In this document: piece by piece, positions 41,801 through 53,400 of the stretch | Numbering within the stretch: position 1 is the first letter of the stretch | Layout of the letters: every line of letters starts with the position of its first letter | Source of the DNA: Eledone cirrhosa | Taxonomy: Eukaryota | Length of the DNA: 64,000 nt | NCBI GenBank assembly: GCA_964016885.1 | Contig: OZ024758.1 | Coordinates: 34,844,001 to 34,908,000 of the forward strand | Direction: 5' to 3' | Made by a program: the position numbers and the translations under genes | The notes under the pieces: generated by a model | What the model saw: the letters and a program-made list of their open reading frames with translations, nothing else | Databases searched by the model: none | Told to the model about the DNA's origin: nothing

Positions 41801-44800
41801 TTGGTGAGAATTCATTTAAGTCATGGTATTAGTTGTCAGAAGTAACTCCAATGTTGGTGAGAATTCATTTAAGCCATGGTACTAGCTGTCAGAAGTAACT
41901 CCAATGTTGGTGAGAATTCATTTAATTTCATGGTATTAGCTGTCAGAACGAACTCCACTGTTGGTGAGAATTCATTTAAGTTCATGGTATTAGCTGTCAG
42001 AAGTAACTCTACTGTTGGTGAGAATTCATTTAAGTTCATGGTACTAGCTGTCAGAAGTAACTCCACTGTTGGTGAGAATTCATTTAAGTTCATGGTATTA
42101 GCTGTCAGAAGTCACTCCAATGTTGGTGAGAATTCATTTAAGTTCATGGTATTAGCTGTCAGAAGTCACTCCACTGTTGGTGAGAATTCATTTAAGTTCA
42201 TGGTACAAGCTGTCAGAAGTAACCCCAATGTTGGTGAGAATTCATTTAAGTTCATGGTATTAGCTGTCAGAAGTCACTCCAATGTTGGTGAGAATTCATT
42301 TAAGTTCATGGTATTAGCTGTCAGAAGTAACTCCACTGTTGGTGAGAATTCATTTAAGTTCATGGTATTAGCTGTCAGAAGGAACTCCACTGTTGGTGAG
42401 AATTCATTTAAGTTCATGGTATTAGCTGTCAGAAGTAACTCCAATGTTGGTGAGAATTCATTTAAGTTCATGGTATTAGCTGTCAGAAGGAACTCCACTG
42501 TTGCTGAGAATTCATTTAAGTTCATGGTATTAGCTGTCAGAAGTAACTCCACTGTTGGTGAGAATTCATTTAAGTTCATGGTACTAGCTGTCAGAAGTAA
42601 CTCCACTGTTGGTGAGAATTCATTTAAGTTCATGGTATTAGCTGTCAGAAGTCACTCCAATGTTGGTGAGAATTCATTTAAGTTCATGGTATTAGCTGTC
42701 AGAAGTAACTCCACTGTTGGTGAGAATTCATTTAAGTTCATGGTACTAGCTGTCAGAAGTAACTCCACTGTTGGTGAGAATTCATTTGAGTTCATGGTAT
42801 TAGCTGTCAGAAGTCACTCCAATGTTGGTGAGAATTCATTTAAGTTCATGGTATTAGCTGTCAGAAGTAACTCCACTGTTGGTGAGAATTCATTTAAGTT
42901 CATGGTATTAGCTGTCAGAAGTAACTCCACAGTTGGTGAGAATTCATTTAAGTTCATGGTATTAGCTGTCAGAAGGAACTCCACTGTTGGTGAGAATTCA
43001 TTTAAGTTCATGGTACTAGCTGTCAGAAGTAACTCCACTGTTGGTGAGAATTCATTTAAGTTCATGGTATTAGTTTGTCAGAAGTAACTCCACTGTTGGT
43101 GAGAATTCATTTAAGCCATGGTACTAGCTGTCAGAAGTAACTCCAATGTAGGTGAGAATTCATTTAAGTTCATGGTATTAGCTGTCAGAACGAACTCCAC
43201 TGTTGGTGAAAATTCATTTAAGTTCATGGTATTAGCTGTCAGAAGTAACTCCACTGTTGGTGAGAATTCATTTAAGTTCATGGTACTAGCTGTCAGAAGT
43301 AACTCCAATGTTGGTGAGAATTCATTTAAGTTCATGGTATTAGCTGTCAGAAGTAACTCCACTGTTGGTGAGAGTTCATTTAAGTAATGGTATTAGCTGT
43401 CAGAAGTAACTCCAATGTTGGTGAGAATTCATTTAAGTTCATGGTATTAGCTGTCAGAAGTAACTCCACTGTTAGTGAGAATTCATTTAAGTTCATGGTA
43501 TTAGCTGTCAGAAGTAACTCCACTGTTGGTGAGAATTCATTTAAGTTCATGGTACTAGCTGTCAGAAGTAACTCCACTGTTGGTGAGAATTCATTTAAGT
43601 TCATGGTATTAGCTGTCAGAAGTAACTCCACTGTTTGTGAGAATTCATTTAAGTCATGGTATTAGCTGTCAGAAGTAACTCCATTGTTGGTGAGAATTCA
43701 TTTAAGTCATGGTACTAGCTGTCAGAAGTAACTCCAATGTTGGTGAGAATTCATTTAAGTCATGGTACTAGTTGTCAGAAGTAACTCCAATGTTGGTGAG
43801 AATTCATTTAAGTTCATGGTATTAGCTGTCAGAAGGAACTCCACCGTTGGTGAGAATTCATTTAAGTTCATGGTATTAGCTGCCAGAAGTAACTCCACTG
43901 TTGGTGAGAATTCATTTAAGTTCATGGTATTAGCTGTCAGAAGTAACTCCACTGTTGGTGAGAATTCATTTAAGTTCATGGTACTAACTGTCAGAAGTAA
44001 CTCCAATGTTGGTGAGAATTCATTTAAGTTCATGGTATTAGCTGTCAGAAGTAACTCCACTGTTGGTGAGAATTCATTTAAGTCATGGTATTAGCTGTCA
44101 GAAGTAACTCCAATGTTGGTGAGAATTCATTTAAGTTCATGGTATTAGCTGTCAGAAGTAACTCCAATGTTGGTGAGAATTCATTTAAGTTCATGGTATT
44201 AGCTGTCAGAAGGAACTCCACTGTTGCTGAGAATTCATTTAAGTTCATGGTATTAGCTGTCAGAAGTAACTCCACTGTTGGTGAGAATTCATTTAAGTTC
44301 ATGGTACTAGCTGTCAGAAGTAACTCCACTGTTGGTGAGAATTCATTTAAGTTCATGGTATTAGCTGTCAGAAGTCACTCCAATGTTGGTGAGAATTCAT
44401 TTAAGTTCATGGTATTAGCTGTCAGAAGTCACTCCACTGTTGGTGAGAATTCATTTAAGTTCATGGTACTAGCTGTCAGAAGTAACCCCAATGTTGGTGA
44501 GAATTCATTTAAGTTCATGGTATTAGCTGTCAGAAGTCACTCCAATGTTGGTGAGAATTCATTTAAGTTCATGGTATTAGCTGTCAGAAGTAACTCCACT
44601 GTTGGTGAGAATTCATTTAAGTTCATGGTATTAGCTGTCAGAAGTAACTCCACAGTTGGTGAGAATTCATTTAAGTTCATGGTATTAGCTGTCAGAAGGA
44701 ACTCCACTGTTGGTGAGAATTCATTTAAGTTCATGGTACTAGCTGTCAGAAGTAACTCCACTGTTGGTGAGAATTCATTTAAGTTCATGGTATTAGTTTG

Positions 44801-47800
44801 TCAGAAGTAACTCCACTGTTGGTGAGAATTCATTTAAGCCATGGTACTAGCTGTCAGAAGTAACTCCAATGTAGGTGAGAATTCATTTAAGTTCATGGTA
44901 TTAGCTGTCAGAACGAACTCCACTGTTGGTGAAAATTCATTTAAGTTCATGGTATTAGCTGTCAGAAGTAACTCCACTGTTGGTGAGAATTCATTTAAGT
45001 TCATGGTACTAGCTGTCAGAAGTAACTCCAATGTTGGTGAGAATTCATTTAAGTTCATGGTATTAGCTGTCAGAAGTAACTCCACTGTTGGTGAGAGTTC
45101 ATTTAAGTAATGGTATTAGCTGTCAGAAGTAACTCCAATGTTGGTGAGAATTCATTTAAGTTCATGGTATTAGCTGTCAGAAGTAACTCCACTGTTAGTG
45201 AGAATTCATTTAAGTTCATGGTATTAGCTGTCAGAAGTAACTCCACTGTTGGTGAGAATTCATTTAAGTTCATGGTACTGGCTGTCAGAAGTAACTCCAC
45301 TGTTGGTGAGAATTCATTTAAGTTCATGGTATTAGTTTGTCAGAAGTAACTCCACTGTTGGTGAGAATTCATTTAAGTCATGGTATTAGTTGTCAGAAGT
45401 AACTCCAATGTTGGTGAGAATTCATTTAAGTTCATGGTATTAGCTGTCAGAAGGAACTCCGCTGTTGGTGAGAATTCATTTAAGTTCATGGTATTAGCTG
45501 TCAGAAGGAACTCCAATGTTGGTGAGAATTCATTTAAGTGATGGTACTAGCTGTCAGAAGTAACTCCACTGTTGGTGAGAATTCATTTAAGTTCATGGTA
45601 TTAGCTGTCAGAAGGAACTCCACTGTTGGTGAGAATTCATTTAAGTTCATGGTACTAGCTGTCAGAAGTAACTCCACTGTTGGTGAGAATTCATTTAAGT
45701 TCATGGTATTAGTTTGTCAAAAGTAACTCCACTGTTGGTGAGAATTCATTTAAGTCATGGTATTAGTTGTCAGAAGTAACTCCAATGTTGGTGAGAATTC
45801 ATTTAAGCCATGGTACTAGCTGTCAGAAGTAACTCCAATGTTGGTGAGAATTCATTTAATTTCATGGTATTAGCTGTCAGAACGAACTCCACTGTTGGTG
45901 AGAATTCATTTAAGTTCATGGTATTAGCTGTCAGAAGTAACTCTACTGTTGGTGAGAATTCATTTAAGTTCATGGTACTAGCTGTCAGAAGTAACTCCAC
46001 TGTTGGTGAGAATTCATTTAAGTTCATGGTATTAGCTGTCAGAAGTCACTCCAATGTTGGTGAGAATTCATTTAAGTTCATGGTATTAGCTGTCAGAAGT
46101 CACTCCACTGTTGGTGAGAATTCATTTAAGTTCATGGTACTAGCTGTCAGAAGTAACCCCAATGTTGGTGAGAATTCATTTAAGTTCATGGTATTAGCTG
46201 TCAGAAGTCACTCCAATGTTGGTGAGAATTCATTTAAGTTCATGGTATTAGCTGTCAGAAGTAACTCCACTGTTGGTGAGAATTCATTTAAGTTCATGGT
46301 ATTAGCTGTCAGAAGGAACTCCACTGTTGGTGAGAATTCATTTAAGTTCATGGTACTAGCTGTCAGAAGTAACTCCACTGTTGGTGAGAATTCATTTAAG
46401 TTCATGGTATTAGTTTGTCAGAAGTAACTCCACTGTTGGTGAGAATTCATTTAAGTTCATGGTATTAGCTGTCAGAAGTAACTCCACTGTTGGTGAGAAT
46501 TCATTTAAGTTCATGGTATTAGTTTGTCAAAAGTAACTCCACTGTTGGTGAGAATTCATTTAAGTCATGGTATTAGTTGTCAGAAGTAACTCCAATGTTG
46601 GTGAGAATTCATTTAAGCCATGGTACTAGCTGTCAGAAGTAACTCCAATGTTGGTGAGAATTCATTTAATTTCATGGTATTAGCTGTCAGAACGAACTCC
46701 ACTGTTGGTGAGAATTCATTTAAGTTCATGGTATTAGCTGTCAGAAGTAACTCTACTGTTGGTGAGAATTCATTTAAGTTCATGGTACTAGCTGTCAGAA
46801 GTAACTCCACTGTTGGTGAGAATTCATTTAAGTTCATGGTATTAGCTGTCAGAAGTCACTCCAATGTTGGTGAGAATTCATTTAAGTTCATGGTATTAGC
46901 TGTCAGAAGTCACTCCACTGTTGGTGAGAATTCATTTAAGTTCATGGTACTAGCTGTCAGAAGTAACCCCAATGTTGGTGAGAATTCATTTAAGTTCATG
47001 GTATTAGCTGTCAGAAGTCACTCCAATGTTGGTGAGAATTCATTTAAGTTCATGGTATTAGCTGTCAGAAGTAACTCCACTGTTGGTGAGAATTCATTTA
47101 AGTTCATGGTATTAGCTGTCAGAAGGAACTCCACTGTTGGTGAGAATTCATTTAAGTTCATGGTATTAGCTGTCAGAAGTAACTCCAATGTTGGTGAGAA
47201 TTCATTTAAGTTCATGGTATTAGCTGTCAGAAGGAACTCCACTGTTGCTGAGAATTCATTTAAGTTCATGGTATTAGCTGTCAGAAGTAACTCCACTGTT
47301 GGTGAGAATTCATTTAAGTTCATGGTACTAGCTGTCAGAAGTAACTCCACTGTTGGTGAGAATTCATTTAAGTTCATGGTATTAGCTGTCAGAAGTCACT
47401 CCAATGTTGGTGAGAATTCATTTAAGTTCATGGTATTAGCTGTCAGAAGTAACTCCACTGTTGGTGAGAATTCATTTAAGTTCATGGTACTAGCTGTCAG
47501 AAGTAACTCCACTGTTGGTGAGAATTCATTTGAGTTCATGGTATTAGCTGTCAGAAGTCACTCCAATGTTGGTGAGAATTCATTTAAGTTCATGGTATTA
47601 GCTGTCAGAAGTAACTCCACTGTTGGTGAGAATTCATTTAAGTTCATGGTATTAGCTGTCAGAAGTAACTCCACAGTTGGTGAGAATTCATTTAAGTTCA
47701 TGGTATTAGCTGTCAGAAGGAACTCCACTGTTGGTGAGAATTCATTTAAGTTCATGGTACTAGCTGTCAGAAGTAACTCCACTGTTGGTGAGAATTCATT

Positions 47801-48300
47801 TAAGTTCATGGTATTAGTTTGTCAGAAGTAACTCCACTGTTGGTGAGAATTCATTTAAGCCATGGTACTAGCTGTCAGAAGTAACTCCAATGTAGGTGAG
47901 AATTCATTTAAGTTCATGGTATTAGCTGTCAGAACGAACTCCACTGTTGGTGAAAATTCATTTAAGTTCATGGTATTAGCTGTCAGAAGTAACTCCACTG
48001 TTGGTGAGAATTCATTTAAGTTCATGGTACTAGCTGTCAGAAGTAACTCCAATGTTGGTGAGAATTCATTTAAGTTCATGGTATTAGCTGTCAGAAGTAA
48101 CTCCACTGTTGGTGAGAGTTCATTTAAGTAATGGTATTAGCTGTCAGAAGTAACTCCAATGTTGGTGAGAATTCATTTAAGTTCATGGTATTAGCTGTCA
48201 GAAGTAACTCCACTGTTAGTGAGAATTCATTTAAGTTCATGGTATTAGCTGTCAGAAGTAACTCCACTGTTGGTGAGAATTCATTTAAGTTCATGGTACT
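38859..48300. repeat. Tandem block duplication, period 4744 bp (~88 monomers): 38859-43602 and 43603-~48300
   Basis: 39018/43762, 39341/44085, 40097/44841, 40366/45110, 40794/45538, 41066/45810, 41876/46620, 43118/47862 and 43387/48131 are all offset by 4744. The variant TTTGAGTTC was seen only at ~42788 and ~47532. Confidence 0.92.
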
Positions 48301-50180
48301 GGCTGTCAGAAGTAACTCCACTGTTGGTGAGAATTCATTTAAGTTCATGGTATTAGTTTGTCAGAAGTAACTCCACTGTTGGTGAGAATTCATTTAAGTC
48401 ATGGTATTAGTTGTCAGAAGTAACTCCAATGTTGGTGAGAATTCATTTAAGTTCATGGTATTAGCTGTCAGAAGGAACTCCGCTGTTGGTGAGAATTCAT
48501 TTAAGTTCATGGTATTAGCTGTCAGAAGGAACTCCAATGTTGGTGAGAATTCATTTAAGTGATGGTACTAGCTGTCAGAAGTAACTCCACTGTTGGTGAG
48601 AATTCATTTAAGTTCATGGTATTAGCTGTCAGAAGGAACTCCACTGTTGGTGAGAATTCATTTAAGTTCATGGTACTAGCTGTCAGAAGTAACTCCACTG
48701 TTGGTGAGAATTCATTTAAGTTCATGGTATTAGTTTGTCAAAAGTAACTCCACTGTTGGTGAGAATTCATTTAAGTCATGGTATTAGTTGTCAGAAGTAA
48801 CTCCAATGTTGGTGAGAATTCATTTAAGCCATGGTACTAGCTGTCAGAAGTAACTCCAATGTTGGTGAGAATTCATTTAATTTCATGGTATTAGCTGTCA
48901 GAACGAACTCCACTGTTGGTGAGAATTCATTTAAGTTCATGGTATTAGCTGTCAGAAGTAACTCTACTGTTGGTGAGAATTCATTTAAGTTCATGGTACT
49001 AGCTGTCAGAAGTAACTCCACTGTTGGTGAGAATTCATTTAAGTTCATGGTATTAGCTGTCAGAAGTCACTCCAATGTTGGTGAGAATTCATTTAAGTTC
49101 ATGGTATTAGCTGTCAGAAGTCACTCCACTGTTGGTGAGAATTCATTTAAGTTCATGGTACTAGCTGTCAGAAGTAACCCCAATGTTGGTGAGAATTCAT
49201 TTAAGTTCATGGTATTAGCTGTCAGAAGTCACTCCAATGTTGGTGAGAATTCATTTAAGTTCATGGTATTAGCTGTCAGAAGTAACTCCACTGTTGGTGA
49301 GAATTCATTTAAGTTCATGGTATTAGCTGTCAGAAGGAACTCCACTGTTGGTGAGAATTCATTTAAGTTCATGGTACTAGCTGTCAGAAGTAACTCCACT
49401 GTTGGTGAGAATTCATTTAAGTTCATGGTATTAGTTTGTCAGAAGTAACTCCACTGTTGGTGAGAATTCATTTAAGTTCATGGTATTAGCTGTCAGAAGT
49501 AACTCCACTGTTGGTGAGAATTCATTTAAGTTCATGGTATTAGTTTGTCAAAAGTAACTCCACTGTTGGTGAGAATTCATTTAAGTCATGGTATTAGTTG
49601 TCAGAAGTAACTCCAATGTTGGTGAGAATTCATTTAAGCCATGGTACTAGCTGTCAGAAGTAACTCCAATGTTGGTGAGAATTCATTTAATTTCATGGTA
49701 TTAGCTGTCAGAACGAACTCCACTGTTGGTGAGAATTCATTTAAGTTCATGGTATTAGCTGTCAGAAGTAACTCTACTGTTGGTGAGAATTCATTTAAGT
49801 TCATGGTACTAGCTGTCAGAAGTAACTCCACTGTTGGTGAGAATTCATTTAAGTTCATGGTATTAGCTGTCAGAAGTCACTCCAATGTTGGTGAGAATTC
49901 ATTTAAGTTCATGGTATTAGCTGTCAGAAGTCACTCCACTGTTGGTGAGAATTCATTTAAGTTCATGGTACTAGCTGTCAGAAGTAACCCCAATGTTGGT
50001 GAGAATTCATTTAAGTTCATGGTATTAGCTGTCAGAAGTCACTCCAATGTTGGTGAGAATTCATTTAAGTTCATGGTATTAGCTGTCAGAAGTAACTCCA
50101 CTGTTGGTGAGAATTCATTTAAGTTCATGGTATTAGCTGTCAGAAGGAACTCCACTGTTGGTGAGAATTCATTTAAGTTC
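44520..50180. repeat. Overlapping block duplication, offset 3021 bp (~56 monomers)
   Basis: 44841/47862, 45110/48131, 45538/48559, 45810/48831 and 46620/49641 are offset by 3021, as are CACAG at 44651/47672 and 40097/43118. Confidence 0.85.
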
Positions 50181-50499
50181 ATGGTACTAGCTGTCAGAAG
50201 TAACTCCACTGTTGGTGAGAATTCATTTAAGTTCATGGTATTAGTTTGTCAGAAGTAACTCCACTGTTGGTGAGAATTCATTTAAGTTCATGGTATTAGC
50301 TGTCAGAAGTAACTCCACTGTTGGTGAGAATTCATTTAAGTTCATGGTACTAGCTGTCAGAAGTAACTCCACTGTTGGTGAGAATTCATTTAAGTTCATG
50401 GAATTAGTTTGTCAGAAGTAACTCCACTGTTGGTGAGAATTCATTTAAGTCATGGTATTAGTTGTCAGAAGTAACTCCAATGTTGGTGAGAATTCATTT

Positions 50500-53400
50500 A
50501 AGTTCATGGTATTAGCTGTCAGAAGGAACTCCACTGTTGGTGAGAATTCATTTAAGTTCATGGTATTAGCTGTCAGAAGGAACTCCAATGTTGGTGAGAA
50601 TTCATTTAAGTCATGGTACTAGCTGTCAGAAGTAACTCCACTGTTGGTGAGAATTCATTTAAGTTCATGGTATTAGCTGTCAGAAGGAACTCCACTGTTG
50701 GTGAGAATTCATTTAAGTTCATGGTATTAGCTGTCAGAAGGAACGCCACTGTTGGTGAGAATTCATTTAAGTTCATGGTATTAGCTGTCAGAAGTAACTC
50801 CACTGTTGGTGAGAATTCATTTAAGTTCATGGTACTAGCTGTCAGAAGTAACTCCAATGTTGGTGAGAATTCATTTAAGTTCATGGTATTAGCTGTCAGA
50901 AGGAACTCCACTGTTGGTGAGAATTCATTTAAGTTCATGGTATTAGCTGTCAGAAGTAACTCCACTGTTGGTGAGAATTCATTTAAGTCATGGTATTAGC
51001 TGTCAGAAGTAACTCCATTGTTGGTGAGAATTCATTTAAGTCATGGTACTAGCTGTCAGAAGTAACTCCAATGTTGGTGAGAATTCATTTAAGTCATGGT
51101 ACTAGTTGTCAGAAGTAACTCCAATGTTGGTGAGAATTCATTTAAGTTCATGGTATTAGCTGTCAGAAGGAACTCCACCGTTGGTGAGAATTCATTTTAG
51201 TTCATGGTATTAGCTGCCAGAAGTAACTCCACTGTTGGTGAGAATTCATTTAAGTTCATGGTATTAGCTGTCAGAAGTAACTCCACTGTTGGTGAGAATT
51301 CATTTAAGTTCATGGTACTAACTGTCAGAAGTAACTCCAATGTTGGTGAGAATTCATTTAAGTTCATGGTATTAGCTGTCAGAAGTAACTCCACTGTTGG
51401 TGAGAATTCATTTAAGTCATGGTATTAGCTGTCAGAAGTAACTCCAATGTTGGTGAGAATTCATTTAAGTTCATGGTATTAGCTGTCAGAAGTAACTCCA
51501 ATGTTGGTGAGAATTCATTTAAGTTCATGGTATTAGCTGTCAGAAGGAACTCCACTGTTGCTGAGAATTCATTTAAGTTCATGGTATTAGCTGTCAGAAG
51601 TAACTCCACTGTTGGTGAGAATTCATTTAAGTTCATGGTACTAGCTGTCAGAAGTAACTCCACTGTTGGTGAGAATTCATTTAAGTTCATGGTATTAGCT
51701 GTCAGAAGTCACTCCAATGTTGGTGAGAATTCATTTAAGTTCATGGTATTAGCTGTCAGAAGTCACTCCACTGTTGGTGAGAATTCATTTAAGTTCATGG
51801 TACTAGCTGTCAGAAGTAACCCCAATGTTGGTGAGAATTCATTTAAGTTCATGGTATTAGCTGTCAGAAGTCACTCCAATGTTGGTGAGAATTCATTTAA
51901 GTTCATGGTATTAGCTGTCAGAAGTAACTCCACTGTTGGTGAGAATTCATTTAAGTTCATGGTATTAGCTGTGAGAAGTAACTCCACAGTTGGTGAGAAT
52001 TCATTTAAGTTCATGGTATTAGCTGTCAGAAGGAACTCCACTGTTGGTGAGAATTCATTTAAGTTCATGGTACTAGCTGTCAGAAGTAACTCCACTGTTG
52101 GTGAGAATTCATTTAAGTTCATGGTATTAGTTTGTCAGAAGTAACTCCACTGTTGGTGAGAATTCATTTAAGCCATGGTACTAGCTGTCAGAAGTAACTC
52201 CAATGTAGGTGAGAATTCATTTAAGTTCATGGTATTAGCTGTCAGAACGAACTCCACTGTTGGTGAAAATTCATTTAAGTTCATGGTATTAGCTGTCAGA
52301 AGTAACTCCACTGTTGGTGAGAATTCATTTAAGTTCATGGTACTAGCTGTCAGAAGTAACTCCAATGTTGGTGAGAATTCATTTAAGTTCATGGTATTAG
52401 CTGTCAGAAGTAACTCCACTGTTGGTGAGAGTTCATTTAAGTAATGGTATTAGCTGTCAGAAGTAACTCCAATGTTGGTGAGAATTCATTTAAGTTCATG
52501 GTATTAGCTGTCAGAAGTAACTCCACTGTTAGTGAGAATTCATTTAAGTTCATGGTATTAGCTGTCAGAAGTAACTCCACTGTTGGTGAGAATTCATTTA
52601 AGTTCATGGTACTGGCTGTCAGAAGTAACTCCACTGTTGGTGAGAATTCATTTAAGTTCATGGTATTAGTTTGTCAGAAGTAACTCCACTGTTGGTGAGA
52701 ATTCATTTAAGTCATGGTATTAGTTGTCAGAAGTAACTCCAATGTTGGTGAGAATTCATTTAAGTTCATGGTATTAGCTGTCAGAAGGAACTCCGCTGTT
52801 GGTGAGAATTCATTTAAGTTCATGGTATTAGCTGTCAGAAGGAACTCCAATGTTGGTGAGAATTCATTTAAGTGATGGTACTAGCTGTCAGAAGTAACTC
52901 CACTGTTGGTGAGAATTCATTTAAGTTCATGGTATTAGCTGTCAGAAGGAACTCCACTGTTGGTGAGAATTCATTTAAGTTCATGGTACTAGCTGTCAGA
53001 AGTAACTCCACTGTTGGTGAGAATTCATTTAAGTTCATGGTATTAGTTTGTCAAAAGTAACTCCACTGTTGGTGAGAATTCATTTAAGTCATGGTATTAG
53101 TTGTCAGAAGTAACTCCAATGTTGGTGAGAATTCATTTAAGCCATGGTACTAGCTGTCAGAAGTAACTCCAATGTTGGTGAGAATTCATTTAATTTCATG
53201 GTATTAGCTGTCAGAACGAACTCCACTGTTGGTGAGAATTCATTTAAGTTCATGGTATTAGCTGTCAGAAGTAACTCCACTGTTGGTGAGAATTCATTTA
53301 AGTTCATGGTACCAGCTGTCAGAAGTAACTCCAATGTTGGTGAGAATTCATTTAAGTTCATGGTATTAGCTGTCAGAAGTAACTCCACTGTTGGTGAGAG

